Position numbers and translations under genes: made by a program | NCBI RefSeq assembly: GCF_006345805.1 | Contig: NC_042997.1 | Coordinates: forward strand, 200,446,001 to 200,510,000 | Reading direction: 5' to 3' | Source: Octopus sinensis | Lineage: Eukaryota | DNA: 64,000 bases | Shown here: in pieces, positions 1-13,057 of the stretch | Layout: each line of letters opens with the position of its first letter | How positions within the stretch are numbered: the first letter of the stretch is position 1 | Notes under the pieces: generated by a model | What the model was told of the DNA's origin: nothing | What the model saw: only the letters and a program-made list of their open reading frames with translations | Databases searched by the model: none

Positions 1-360
1 TGATGATGATGATGATAATGATAACAACGATGGTGATGATGATGACGACGACAGCAATGGTAATGATAATGATGACGACGACACCAATGGTAATGATAAA
101 GATGATGACAAGGACAATGATGATGATGATGATGATAATGATGATGGTTGTGATGGTGGTGACGATGATGGTGACGATGACGATGATGATGAAGGTGATG
201 ATGATGGTGATGATGACGATGACAGTGATGATGACAAGGATGATGATGATGATGATGATGACAATTAGAACAATGATGATGGAGAGGAGGAACAGGAGGG
301 GGAGGAGGAAGAGGAACAGGAAGGGAGGAGAAGGATATGATGACAATGATGGTGAGATGA
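1..360. repeat. Degenerate (GAT/GAC/GGT)n trinucleotide tract
   Basis: Directly visible; explains the poly-Met ORF 3..377. Confidence 0.95.
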
Positions 361-720
361 AAAAAAAAGGAAAATGAATGAGCTAAAAAATATAAAAGGA
401 TTTTCATCATTATTATCAACCCCAAAATAATGATCTTCAAAGTCGACCCAAGTTGTATTTGACCTCAGAATTTAAAGAATAGCAATAAAGACCTCACTCG
501 GTGTTATTTGAAATCATCTGAATATAAATTTTCCTCATCTGAATATAAATTCCTTCACCTTTCCCAGTCACCTCTATCTTCATTAATATCCTGCCTCTCT
601 CCCCAACTGGTTCCTTCGATATCCCATACCCACCCCTCTAACACATATGCAACATCGGTCATCCCCCATGTCCACCATTCACTACACCCACCTCCTTCAA
701 CCCAACCTAATCCTTACAGT

Positions 721-1418
721 TGTTGTCTACCTGCCCTCGTCCATTCCGTCATTTCTCACTACCCCCATACACTCTTAGAAATCCTCAAACACCCACGTTC
801 CTTGTTCCTCTGTCAAACCTCACTCCTACTTTCTTCGTACCTCGAGGGGCCACCCACACACCACATTAGCACTATTTTATCCCTTTTAAGCTCCATCCTA
901 TCATCCTTGCCCTTTCTTCTAAATGTGAGTAGATACGTAGCTCCTCTACAACAAAAACAGTCTGCTCTGCCCTCGCCTTTTCTCACCCCTCTTATCCTAG
1001 CATAAAGTCATGCTACACCTTTCGGGGTTAATAATCTTACAAGCTGAATGGCAACCTTGCTAGTGTTGTCTACCTGCCCTCATCCATTCCTCCATCACAC
1101 ACTCCTCCCCCATACACTCTTAGAAATCCTCAAACACCCACGTTCCTTGTTCCTCTGTCAAACCTCACTCCTACTTACTTCGTACCTCGAGGGGCCACCC
1201 ACACACCTCATTAGCTCTATTTTATCCCTTTTAAGCTCCATCCTATAATCGTTGCTCTTTCTTCTAAAAGTAAGTAGATACGTAGCTCCTCCACAACAAA
1301 AACAGTCTGCTCTGCCCTTGCCTTTTCTCATACTTCACCCCTTCATATCCTAGCATAAGGTCATCCCTCACCTTTCAGGGTTCATAATCTTACAAGCTAA
1401 ATGGCAACCTCACTAGTG
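721..1418. repeat. Tandem duplication of a ~343-bp unit, possibly within an old RTE-like relic (minus strand)
   Basis: TGTTGTCTACCTGCCCTC starts at 721 and again at 1064; the two ORFs share LLEILKHPRSLFLCQTSLLL..YLEGPPTH. The RTE origin is only a weak translation resemblance. Confidence 0.85.
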
Positions 1419-1429
1419 CTGATGGCACA

Positions 1430-1590
1430 GACAAAGCACCCAGTATATGCTGTAAAGAGGTTGGCATTATGGTGGGTACCCTAGCATGGAAACCACGTCA
1501 AAGCGAACAGCGGGGCATGAAGTAGTCCCTGGACCTATCAGATCCTGTCGGACCATCCAACTCATGCCAGCATGGATCAGTGATGATTGT
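1430..1590 (+). mobile_element. Degenerate SINE family D 3' end running into a (GAT)n tail
   Basis: CCATCCAACTCATGCCAGCATGGA..TGATGAT matches the family D tail CCGTCCAACCCATGCTAGCATGGAAAGCGGACG.TAAATGATGATG seen at 54495-54545 and 57865-57917. Confidence 0.6.
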
Positions 1591-2330
1591 AATGATGATG
1601 ATGGTGCTAGTGGGGGCGCGGTGGGGTGGTAGTGGTGGTATTGGTTGTTGTGGTGGTAGTGGTGGTAGTGGTGTTTGTGGTGGTTGTGGTGGTAGTGGTG
1701 GTTGTGGTGGTTGTGGTGGTAGTGGTGTTTGTGGTGGTTGTGGTGGTTGTGGTGGTAGTGGTGTTTGTGGTGGTTGTGGTGGTAGTGGTGGTGGTTGTGG
1801 TGGTTGTGGTGGTAGTGGTGTTTGTGGTGGTTGTGGTGGTAGTGGTGGTTGTGGTGGTGGTTGTGGTGGTTGTGGTAGTGGGGGTGGTATTGGTAGTGGT
1901 GATTGTGGTGGTAGTTGTGGTAGTTGTGGTGGTTGTGGTGGTTGTAGTGGTAGTGGTGGTAATGGTGGTTGTGGTGGTTGTGGTGGTTGTGGTGGTTGTG
2001 GTGGTTGTGGTGGTTGTGGTGGTAGTGGTGGTTGTGGTGGTGGTTGTGGTGGTTGTGGTGGTTGTGGTGGTTGTGGTGGTAGTGGTGTTTGTGGTGGTAG
2101 TGGTGGTTGTGGTGGTTGTGGTAGTGGGGGTGGTATTGGTAGTGGTGATTGTGGTGGTAGTTGTGGTAGTTGTGGTGGTTGTGGTGGTTGTAGTGGTAGT
2201 GGTGGTTGTGATGGTTGTGGTGACAACGATAACGATAATGTTGATGATGATGGTGATGATGATGATTGTGATGATGATAGTGATGATGATGACAACGACG
2301 ATGATGATGATGATATTGAAGATACAATGA
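1580..2330. repeat. (GGT/TGT/AGT)n compound trinucleotide tract with a higher-order internal duplication, ending in (GAT)n
   Basis: Visible repeat; the block GGTAGTGGGGGTGGTATTGGTAGTGGTGATTGTGG occurs near 1874 and near 2120. Confidence 0.95.
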
Positions 2331-2714
2331 ATGATATATTAAGAGAACACAGATAATATATTCTGTTAATGATTTGCAAAAGCTACATCCTTTTTTTTTT
2401 GTTGTTTCTAAAAATCAAATTAATCTCATCTCTAATTATGAATTATTGATTTTTGAATTATATTTTAATGGATAAAATAAATAATTTCATTAATTTCTTT
2501 CACAATATCTGAAATGCTTAATGAGCCAGTACGAACGAAATTGTAGACTTCTACAAATATTTTACGAAATGTGGAATCATCTTTGTCTGACCTACCTTAA
2601 ACTGCCGAATGGTTTATTACAAAAAAGATTCTTAATTATTATTAATATTATTAATGTGGTGAGCTGGCAGACTCATTGGAATGTTGGTGTGGATCTCGAA
2701 TAAGAAGTTTGCTT

Positions 2715-2850
2715 TCCAGCCACATGGTTCCAGGTTCAGTTCTGGTATGTGGCACCTTAAGAAAATGTCATCTACTCTAACCTCGGGCTGACCAAAGTCT
2801 TGTGAGTGGACTTGGTTGACAGAAACTGAAAAAGCCCGTTATATATATGG
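2715..2850 (+). mobile_element. SINE family A, 5' half, degenerate
   Basis: CCACATGGTTCCAGGTTCAG...CTTGTGAGTGGACTTGGTTGACAGAAACTGAAAAAGCCCG matches full copies at 6681 and 34926. Confidence 0.75.
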
Positions 2851-2952
2851 AAATGGGTCGAAGCCGACAGGAAGCGTCGATGCTTCCTAGGGCTAAATAG
2901 CGGTGGTGTAATTCCCTTACGGGACTGTCACGTTATGTTGACAGTATACAAC

Positions 2953-2988
<36 letters not shown>

Positions 2989-3023
2989 TCTTACATATAA
3001 GAGAATAAGGTGTACGTACGCCG

Positions 3024-3114
<91 letters not shown>

Positions 3115-3118
<4 letters not shown>

Positions 3119-3349
3119 TGGGACCAGAACGCAAAACATTCAAATAGACGGTACAAAAAATACGGACGGGCCATTCGAAGCCTCTAATCTTCAGTCAAGA
3201 ACCGGATCATCCTCGCAATTTCGGCTGATTAATCTTTCATCCGAAATTGCGAGGATGATCCGTTCTTGACTGAAGATTAGAGGCTTCGAATGACCCGTCC
3301 GTATTTTTTGTATCGTCTATTTGAATGTTTTGCGTTCTTGTCCCATTTT
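3115..3349. repeat. ~110-bp-arm palindrome from a Penelope-associated repeat family
   Basis: Arms 3115-3224 and 3241-3349 are near-perfect reverse complements; the same family occurs at 28640-30120. Confidence 0.9.
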
Positions 3350-3599
3350 GCATATATATATATATATATACACACACACAAATATTCTATAATTTGTATA
3401 TATATACAAATTATAATTAGGGGTCAGCTAATTGCTTTGCCACGCACCGAATTTAGAAATAGGAGTTAAAATTCCTTTTCTGATACCATAAAGATCTCCC
3501 AGACAGTAACACATTTTTTTTATGTAGGCAAAAAGAGAAAATAACGAATCCGCATGACTCAGATTAGCTACATACACGTTTCGAGATTAAAATAAAGTT

Positions 3600-4465
3600 A
3601 TACGTCAGGAGATTAGGGTGTCTGTTGAACATATGTTGTGCTGCTCTTGACCAGGAAAGCCTGGACCATGTAGACGGAATGGGCGGGCACATTGTCGGCG
3701 TGAAGTTGCAAATCCTTTGCTACCTTCATGTCCAACCACTTTCGACGCATAGTATCACGAAGGCGTCGTATAACCTCCAAGTAATAGTATTCCTTATTGA
3801 TTGTTTGGCTTTGTGGTGTGTATTCATGATGCACAGTACCACTGGAGTAAAAAAAACCTAGATCAACATTACCTATTTCTTTACTACCCACAAGGGGCTA
3901 AACACAGAGAGGACAAACAAGGACAGACAAACGAAATAAGTCGATTATATGGACCCCATTGCGTAACTGGTACTTATTTAATAGACCCCGAAAGGATGAA
4001 AGGCAAAGTCAACCTCGGCGGAATTTGAACTCAGAACGTAGCGGCAGACGAAATACCGCAAAGCATTTCGCCCGGCGTGCTAACGTTTCTGCCAGCTCGC
4101 CTTCACATGTCTGCGAACCTTCCATGCATTTTTGAACCTTGGTGATGAAGATGCTTCCATTGGGAGGACTTGAACTTGGTTTTCGGGTCGTAACCATAAA
4201 CCCATGCCGCATCATCAGTGATGTTGGTCCTCATGAAGCCTGGGTCGTTCTGAGCGATTTCCATGCGGAGTTGTTCCATCCTCTCGACCAGCATCTCGGG
4301 GACAAATTTTGCCGACAGTCTTCGGTATGCACAAACCTCCCTTTAAGATGGAATGCACTGATCCCGTACTTAGTCTCACTTTGTGAGCAATTTTCTGGAT
4401 TGTTCTCAATCGGCTCCTCGCTTCGGTTTGTGGATGACCCTGCCTAAGCGTGCTTCGTTCTCCAA
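3600..4465 (-). mobile_element. Decayed mariner (Mos1/DD34D-like) transposase interrupted by a SINE
   Basis: Fragments RTIQKIAHKVRLSTGSVHSIL, NITDDAAWVYGYDPKTKFKSSQWK, VHHEYTPQSQTINKEYY..LRDTMRRK..LQLHADNVPAH match mariner transposase motifs. Confidence 0.9.
3873..4103 (-). mobile_element. SINE family B inserted in the mariner between codons ...HVK and VMLI
   Basis: Head GGCGAGCTGGCAGAAACGTTAGC, core GCCTTTCATCCTTTCGGGGTC, tail AAAGAAATAGG; the mariner frame resumes on both sides. Confidence 0.9.
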
Positions 4466-4819
4466 CAATAACTTTCTAGCAACCCACACCCGATGGACAT
4501 ACTTCCCTCTGGTCCCCTTCTATTCCCCCTTTCGATACCTCTACTACACACACCAAGCCTAATTATTATTTCTCACATCTTCACCTATTCCACCCAAAAG
4601 ACAACTAGCCAAAGTCTATAAACTGCCAAAACGGGCTCAAGTGTAGAAGAGATTGACGGAGGCCAAAAATTCGAAGTTACTATCAATCCACTTCTTGTAG
4701 AAGTTTAACAAACTTACATTCTACTAAAAAGTATTGAATAATTCTTCAGTTTAATGTTGAATTGTCTTTATATATAACTGATACAATCAAACATTTATAT
4801 GTGAGCAAGTGTATGTGCC

Positions 4820-4940
<121 letters not shown>

Positions 4941-6680
4941 TAATGTAAACGATATCTACTTATTTCAATTAAGCCAGTCTGTATACAGCTATTAAGTAAA
5001 TAATATCATTGCTCATAAATCAAATATGAAACATAAAAAAAAGAGTCATGCCATGGAAGTTATGAGTAACCCACAAATAAAGATCATCCAATCACCGAAA
5101 TGTCTGCTCAAGATTATTCAGAAACCATTAAGTAAATCTTGATCGAGCAGTCTTATGACTTAAGGTATGGATTAATCAACGGTCGGATAATTGCTAAGTC
5201 TGACTCTGTCACCGAAATAATTTGATTCAATTAAACTAACCTCACAAGATGTATAAGATAAATTTTGCAGGCAATAGTATAAAATATCTCTAGCAACAGA
5301 TGATAATTAGATACAAAAGACATTAGGAGTTGTAAATTTATCAGTGATAGGGTTTCATTTTAATGTAAAAAGAAAAAATACTGGTACTTCTTGAATTTAC
5401 AATTGAATAAGTCCCTAATGATCGATTATCGGTCGTTATCATTAATCAAGAACTCGTAAAACTAGCGGTATTTTTCCATAAAACTTTTATAATGCCGTAA
5501 CTGTGGATACAATCAGAAATTTTCATCGTAAATGTTTGCTAAATATACAAAGGAAATATAAATGACTTGTTACAATTAAAAGATCGTTAAAAATATATTC
5601 ATATCTATGCAAAAAACGTTCTTGAAAATAAAAACAAAAGTTGTCCTTTTCCTCCTATTTTTGCTAAAATTTTTAACATTCATTTTTAATTTTTGTGATT
5701 CAGATTTTCAGCTGATGGAAGGATTTTGTTTGGAAACGCTTTAAGAGTTTTGTATATGCGATACTTTTTCTTCTTTTCTTTATGAATTTTCTTACAATCA
5801 GCAAAAGGCCGTAATTTCCTGATGGCACAAGAGATGTGGATCTTTTACGGATCTACAAGTAATTTTCTCTGCCAAATTCACCAACAATGCATTGGTCAGT
5901 TCAAGGCTACAGTAAAAGACACTCGTCCAGGATGCCGCGCAGTGCGACTCAATCCGAAAGTATGTGGTTGAAAAATCAGCTTCTTAGCTCTACAAACCGA
6001 TATAAAATGTTTATTTCCTTTGAAGTAAGTTCTACAGCTGGATTAATTTTCTCTTGCCAATTACTAAATCATGAAGTAGAATTGAGACCTGAATTTGACA
6101 ATCTTGAAAAGCAGATGGTGCCGGATGGCATCTCGGGTAAACGTTTTCTATATTATCCTTCGATTGGTTAATACTTTGCGGATAGAATATACTTGGTTTT
6201 AATTTTATATTTTTTGCACAGAGCAAAAACAGGAACAAAACCAGCTACAAAGTGTTAACACAATAGCTTCTACTGAAAATCTTGAGTTATCTCAATCTTT
6301 TCAACCAATGAAATCGATCGCTGAGATTCACTCCGAAAGGCGCACACAAATGTACCTACACATACACCAACCCGCACTCTGTACGCTGCCAGTTTCAGCT
6401 ATACAATGTCGTGTCGTATTTCTGTCTTTCGCAATCAATTTCTTACACTTCTTCCATCTCACATTCTTTTCTTTAGATAGCTTTTGTTCCTTCCTCTTTT
6501 TCTCTCTCAAATGCAGAGCACGCATATGAAAGAGAGAAAATAACGAGGAAGGAACAAAGGCTATATGTGGTAATGTATGTATAGGCATGGCTGTGTAGGA
6601 AGAAGTAGTACTGTAGTGTAGTATAAATATATATCTAAATAAAATAAATATTTTTTATTGTTCCAGGTTTTATTGTTCTT

Positions 6681-7090
6681 GGCGCAGGAGTGGCTGTCTG
6701 GTAAGTAGCTTGCTTACCAACCACATGGCCCCTGGGTTCAGTCCCACCGCCTGGCACTTTGGGCAAGTGTTTTCTACTATAGCCTCGGGCCGACCAAAGC
6801 CTTGTGAGTGGATTTGGTAGACGGAAACTGGAAGAAGCCTGTCTTATATGTATATATATATGTATGTATATATGTGTGTATATATGTTTGTGTGTCTGTT
6901 TGTCCCCCAGCATCGCTTGACAACCGATGCTGGTGTGTTTAGATCCCCATAACTTAACGGTTCGGCAAAAGAGACCGATAGAATAAGTACTAGGCTTACA
7001 AAGAATAAGCTCTGGAGTCGATTTGCTCGTCTATCAAGGCGGTGCTGCAGCATGGCCGCAGTCAAATGACTGAAACAAGTAAAAGAGAGA
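6681..7090 (+). mobile_element. SINE family A, full length (tRNA-like head, CORE-like ACCTTGGGCAAGT motif, internal microsatellite, CR1-like tail)
   Basis: GGCGCAGGAGTGGCTG head to CAGTCAAATGACTGAAACAAGTAAAAGAG tail; more than 8 related copies in the window. Confidence 0.9.
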
Positions 7091-7339
7091 GCAAAAATGT
7101 AAAGAGTATAGGTTTTATTTTATATTATCACTAGTTCTTTCATATTTTCCATTTGAAATATTACTTTTCTAAGAAATCCATTCCCATTTTTATTCTGAGC
7201 AGCTGAGTCTAAGGTTTATTTTGACCACCAAGAGTACACTATCATATAAGCCATCTCTTATGAGCACGCAGTGTTTATTACAGAAGCAGTTCGACTTGTG
7301 CAAAAGTACGAGGAAAACAACAGTACTAAGATGTTTTTC

Positions 7340-8889
7340 TAATATGTGCCATATTAACTGGCAAAACTTCCAGGAAAACTGAAGGAAGGTAAAATATGCC
7401 CCATTCATAAAGGAGGTAGCAGAGCGGAAGCCAAGAACTATAGACCTATCTCTCTGACCTCACACATCAGCAAGGTCATGGAACGAATAGTCAGAAGGAA
7501 GCTGATCACCTTCCTTGAAGAGAATGACTTGCTGCCCGACACCCAACATGGTTTCCGACCAGGGAGAAGCTGTTTAACTCAGCTCCTACAACACTATGAC
7601 TGGGTGCTGAAACGGCTGCTCAACCACTCAAATGTGGAAGTGATATATCTCGACTTTGCAAAGGCCTTTGATAAAGTCGATCATGGAATGATATGTCACA
7701 AACTGCGTGATCTCAACATAGTTGGAAAACTGGGAGAATGGCTTCATGACTTTCTGAAGGATAGAAGTCAGGTGGTAGTAGCCAATGGGGCCACCTCCAT
7801 TAACACACAAATAGTGAGCGGTGTTCCGCAGGGCAACTGTTCTGGGACCACTACTGTTCATAATGGCCCTCTCAGACATGCCCTCAGCCACGCAGAGAGC
7901 CACGATCACAAGTTATGCAGATGATACAAAAGTTTCACAGGCAATACAGAACCCTGAGGACACTAAACACCTGCAATGTGAGCTGGACGAAATATACAAG
8001 TGGGCTGAAAAGAATAGCATGCAGTTCAATGCTGGAAAGTTTCAAGCTTTATACTATCAGCATGCAAAACTGAATGCAATACCCAATGAATACACTGGAC
8101 CGGAGGGATTGCAATCCCAGAGGCACAATCAGTGCGTGACCTGGGTATTCACATGAGTGATGACGCGACCTTTCATGTACATGTTGCTAAACTGACAATG
8201 AAATGTAGACGGCTGGCTGGATGGATTCTTAGAACCTTTAGAACAAGAAAACAAGAAACCATGATGGTCCTCTGGAAGACACTTGTCCTAAGCCACTTTG
8301 ACTATTGCTCTCAGCTATGGTCACCATCCAGTGTCAAGTTGATCACAGAACTTGAGGCGATCCAACGAAGCTACACAAAGAAATAGCCTCTATGCAGAAT
8401 GTAAGCTACTGGGAAAGACTCAAGAGATTAAAATTATATTCCCTGGAGCGTAGGCGGGAAAGATATGCCATAATATACATCTGGAAGATCCTGGAGGGAA
8501 GTGTCCTGAACTTTGCATCGAGAGTTACGCAAATGCCAGAACTGGGCGCCACTGCGTGGTGCCTAGGACTCCAACCTGCCATCAAGATGTAGGACAAGAT
8601 TCTGTGATAGCCTGGGCTTCCGAGGCCCACAGCTCTTCAATATCCTCCCGAAGAACCTGAGAGACCTGCATGGGGTGGATACAGATGTCTTTAAAATGAA
8701 GCTGGATCTATTCCTGTCAGGTGTCCCAGATGAACCAACTTCACGGCAGGAGGGGCAGATGAGGGCAGCTGCATCGAACTCTCTCATGCACCAAATAGCA
8801 GTTGCTAGAAAGCCTCCATGAAGTGAAACCAAGTAGCAACACCAAATGGCGGTGCCCCAGCATGGCTACAGCTCATAAGCTGAAACTAG

Positions 8890-8930
<41 letters not shown>
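7340..8930 (+). mobile_element. 5'-truncated CR1-like LINE (RT and C-terminus, frameshifted) with (TCAA)n tail
   Basis: NYRPISLTSH, QHGFRPGRSC, YLDFAKAFDKVDH, SGVPQG/TVLGP, SYADDTK, DLGIHM, YCSQLWSP, LYSLERRRER; (ATCA)n tail at ~8890-8930. Confidence 0.92.
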
Positions 8931-8931
<1 letters not shown>

Positions 8932-9899
8932 ATATTTCACATTTGTTCATTTACAGTCGTCTACCTTAGAAGCCTAACAGTTCTTTGCAATAACAATTTC
9001 ATCAAAGAATTTATCAATATTTACTACTTCCTTTCCAATTCTTTGATTGATCTGAACGGAAATCTACTCAATACTAGATGAAGATAACTCTCCAAAATTT
9101 AGCCCTACTAAGTTTTCTGCCAGTTCAAAGTTCTCTATCCATACATCTAGGTATAACATATTTCATATGAAAAGCGATAGCTTTTAACCTGATTCTTCAT
9201 CCTTTCAATTCTTTCACAATTTGCGCCAAGATTTCTCAACAAGGTGTTTCCATCTTCAGGTAGAAATTCATATTTTTTTTTTTTGTTTTATGTATTCGTA
9301 ATTGTTTTGCATTTGTAGGTTTTTACCTGTTGCGTTTGTATTGTCCTTGTTCATAACCAGAATCAGTTTGTTGCAAAAGTTGAGCAGTCCAAGAGAAAAT
9401 CATAAAAGTATTTCTCCGAATTCATTTTCAAAGAGTTGTTGTATCAGTCTCAACATTGATATTGGGAACAAACGTAGAATTTCAGACCAGCAAAAATGTT
9501 AAAAAATTCTTTCAACTGACAAATATAAAATATTACAATGATATAATTAATAGCTTTTTATATTCCACATCGGCGGAGTAACAAAATTCTTTCAGTTGTG
9601 TTACTTTGATATCAAATGGAAACATCAACAGCTATTTGAAGACAATTGATTACATTGTGTACACCATGATAAATACCAACAAGCACCTAAGTTTGTAGCT
9701 AAATCAGTTAAATACGCAGTTTTTGTTTGTTTTGTGAGATCAAAACTTAGGTTCCAATTGTCTCCATGATTGTTAATAATTGAAAACAGGTCACAAATCA
9801 AGATTTGATCCGTCTTACCCCAAAGAATGGACATCTATAAAAGTATATATTCTCTGACTAGGAATGCAAAATTGGATAATGTGAGATATCTTTTTAACA

Positions 9900-10930
9900 T
9901 ATTTCAACATATCCAAGAATATGAGATCACTACAAAATACCCATTGAACAAAAGAGACCGTAAAGCCCTTGGAAACCCCAAAATGCAACCAAAAATGTAG
10001 ATTATATCACATTCCTGTGGACGACATGACACATGGTCAGCGGCTGTGGGAAAAAGTGTTGTCAAGATACTACTTCCTAATGCGGCATGGCACTGTCCCT
10101 AAACAACTTACAATACCATTCGAGAAAAGGACTGTCCTGGGGTGAATATGGAGGATTCTTCTGTTATTGAATGTGCACATAAACACTGGAATATGGGTGG
10201 AACATTTCTGCCAAAATTTCTATCAAGTGCGAACATAATAGCTCAGATATCGCAGTTTGGAACATACAAGAAAATATATGTACCGTCGGAGAGCTCAGCT
10301 GCTTTGCTGATGTAAATATAACGATCGCTTCGAAAATCAAAGAGGAAAGGGATTATTATGGGCAACTGCTTTGAAGCTTTCAGTTTTTCTGCTCAGACTA
10401 TAAACTGACATTGATACGAATAATAATTGGTAAGCTAGGTTTTGTTACTTAAGAGGTCGTCGTCGAGGCACTCCGTCGGTTGCGACGACGAGGATTCCAG
10501 TTGATCAGATCAACGGAACAGCCTGCGCATGACATTAACGTGCAAGTGGCTGAGCACTCCACAGACACGTGTACCCTTAACGTAGTTCTCGGGGAGATTC
10601 AGCATGACAAGGCTGGTCCTTTGCAATACAGGTGCAAAAGAAACAGGAAGAAAGTGTGAGAGAAATTTGTGGTGAAAGAGTACACCAGAATTCACCACCC
10701 CACCTGCCGGAGCCTTGTGGAGCTTTTGTTGTTTTCGCTCAATAAACACACACAACGCCCAGTCTGGGAATCAAAACCGTGATCCTATGACCATGAGTTC
10801 GATGCCCTAACTGCGGGGCCATTGCGCCTCCACACTTAAGAGATAATATGAAAAAAGATAGGACCAATAAGAACAAGAAATCAATCTTGCAGTTCTTGCA
10901 TATTCTTATTGTCCGACGTTCCTTTTCATC
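9900..10930 (+). mobile_element. Decayed R4/Dong-like LINE C-terminus (zinc knuckle and restriction-like endonuclease), split by a SINE
   Basis: Hand translation gives IQEYEITTKY..KCRL..TH.VSGC..RH, then WNISAKISIKCEHNSSDIAVWN..ELSCFADVNI..YYGQLL..IIIGKLG; same family as 44690-45575. Confidence 0.75.
10456..10833 (-). mobile_element. SINE family C with 9-bp target site duplication
   Basis: tRNA-like head GTGGAGGCGCAATGGCC; ACTTAAGAG flanks both ends (10447-10455, 10834-10842). Confidence 0.88.
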
Positions 10931-11084
10931 ATTTGAGGTGTATTAACAATGGTGTTGCATTTTCTCCCAAATTCTTCAAATTTATCCATACTCTGCTCCA
11001 GTTGGGTTGTTACGTAACCTGTCGCACCAGTGCTAAGAAGTATGAAACTGAAAGTGCTTTTTGTAGACTATACTTAGATGCCCA

Positions 11085-11490
11085 GAGAGGTTTCGGCCAA
11101 TTGGTCCAAGCCATAGCTAACTTAATAGCACCACCTGGAAAAGTCATTTAGCAATGTATTTCTGTATAGTTACTTTTAGGCACCATTACCCATTCGATTA
11201 AAGAATTGTTGTTTGTAGCAGTATATCCGGGTGTGGGTGGTTTATCTGGAATTTGTTGGAGATATTCATCCAGGAACTTTCTGAAGGTATTGAAATCTTT
11301 TTCTTCCTTTATATGTTTTGCAATGATGTTAAAAAGAACAGGTCCAGTTGAGGAGAAGTAGTTCTGTCTTAGTGCTGTGATGTGCTTAGAGCACGATTTC
11401 TGTAGGGGGTGCATATCACGGGGACCAAACCTTGGGTGGATTTTAAAAGTGATACCGATATCATTTGGGCAATACTGTCGGAACAATTTC
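11085..11490 (-). mobile_element. CR1-like LINE 3' fragment (second subfamily)
   Basis: GPVLFNII..FRKFLDEYLQQIPDKP..NSL parallels GPQLFNIL..LDLFLSGVPDEP..NSL at ~8620-8790. Confidence 0.8.
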
Positions 11491-11725
11491 CACTAGCAAA
11501 CTCCTTATCAATGGTTAATAAACGTCTTTTCTCTCCTGCATTTTCCCAGCAACTTCAGTGTCCAGATGGCAGCTGATTTACGCAACAATGCATCCTTTTT
11601 CCCAGTAATCCCATACAACAATATCTGGCCGGTTGTATTTTAATTTGGTAGCTATTTTAACTTTTAAGTTGCACCAATATACTTTTGGCTCATCTGCCGC
11701 AATATAGTCAACATTGTCTGAAATT
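11490..11725 (-). mobile_element. R4/Dong-like endonuclease fragment
   Basis: Minus strand reads KVYWCNLKVKIATKLKYNRPDIVVWDYWE, containing the HNRPD-type motif. Confidence 0.7.
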
Positions 11726-12164
11726 ATGTAAGTGCTTGTGTATGTAGCTAGGAATGTATGTGTGTATGTATTTATGCGTTCTTATAGACTGAAGTTGGAA
11801 ATTATCTGATACGCAAATAACCGTAATTTTTTCGGATGTGTATATTTTAAGCATTGTAAATTACGATTCTGCACAAAAGCGGAAAATAACTTATTAAAAT
11901 GCAAAGGACGTCGTGCCAGGCACAACATACTTATGTTACGTAACTTATTTATTCTACGTAAGCAAAGCCTACAACTTTTTAGTTTTATTTTTATCTCACA
12001 ATTTGTGCACAATAGCATCGTTGATTGCAAGTTTATAATGTTCCAATCACTGGTTCACAGCAATTCCAACGACGAGCGTGACATAGAGCAGTCTGTGAAT
12101 TTCTGTGTTTCCTTGGAAATACTCCCACATACACACGTGCGCGTGCACAAGTTCATATATATAT

Positions 12165-12218
<54 letters not shown>

Positions 12219-12219
<1 letters not shown>

Positions 12220-12640
12220 TAGCAGAGATACCCGGCGTTGCCCGTGTTACATACAACTGAAGAATTAGACTTTTCTGTTATATGTTCTCTAATGAACTGG
12301 AATATCTATGTTTTGAATTTTATCAAACTTGCATATGAGGGATATTTCCCTCTTTACACCCCGCCCCCCAAAAAAATTGTAATCGTGCCACATATATCCC
12401 ATACTACTGATTTTTATGCGCATATTCCAAAATTCCAGTCTTATTGAACTTGTTAAAAGATTTCCTAAACAGCAAAAATATATGAATTGTCATGGGGGTT
12501 ATGGCTCTTATGCATAGAATATAATTTCCAAATTTCATAAAAATCCATTCAGTACTTTTGACCTAGTTTTGGATCATAAAAGAAATGACAAAAATTGGGG
12601 AGTTAAGGCTCCCATTAAGGTGTTTTATATATATATAAAT
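12219..12640 (+). mobile_element. Non-autonomous Helitron/Helentron-like element
   Basis: Starts (TA)CTAGCAGAGATACCCGGCGTTGCCCG, a typical invertebrate rolling-circle start; ends TTTTATATATATA; inserted in (TA)n. Confidence 0.6.
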
Positions 12641-12641
12641 G

Positions 12642-12674
<33 letters not shown>

Positions 12675-12687
12675 TATATATAGATAA

Positions 12688-12750
<63 letters not shown>

Positions 12751-13057
12751 TAGATATAGATACACACACACACACACACACACATACAAAGATAAATTGA
12801 TAGATACAACTGATTGGGCAAACAAAAATATGAGACACAGCCTAGTCCTCTTTTTATGTTGATAAGCCTAGTACTTACTCTATTAGTTTGTTCTTGTGAA
12901 ACCAGTATGTTAAGCGGATGTAAATAAATGAACAGCAGTTGTGAAGCATTGATGAGGACGAAACACAGAGACAAAGACATACACATACACTTACATATAT
13001 ACATACATATTTATACGATTGATTTGTTTCAATTCCTGTCTAAGAAATCCATATATA

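Noticed and set aside
1467-2379. Long Gly/Cys-, Pro/Gln-, His/Asn- and Val-rich ORFs suggesting a structural or metal-binding protein
   Set aside because: Multiple frames on both strands are open because the GGT/TGT/AGT tract cannot form stops; it continues from a SINE tail and has no signal peptide or unique coding flank.
3265-3300. Second hammerhead-like motif CTGAAGATTAGAGGCTTCGAAT (also ~28990, ~29759)
   Set aside because: No stem II pairing, GAAA is absent, and no type I, II or III arrangement could be completed.
6681-6760. tRNA genes at SINE heads (all A, B and C copies)
   Set aside because: They have A/B-box-like motifs but no complete cloverleaf and run directly into SINE bodies.
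12940-12970. Hammerhead-like TTGATGAGGACGAAAC
   Set aside because: No stem II; the sequence aligns with the degenerate 3' half of a minus-strand family A SINE.
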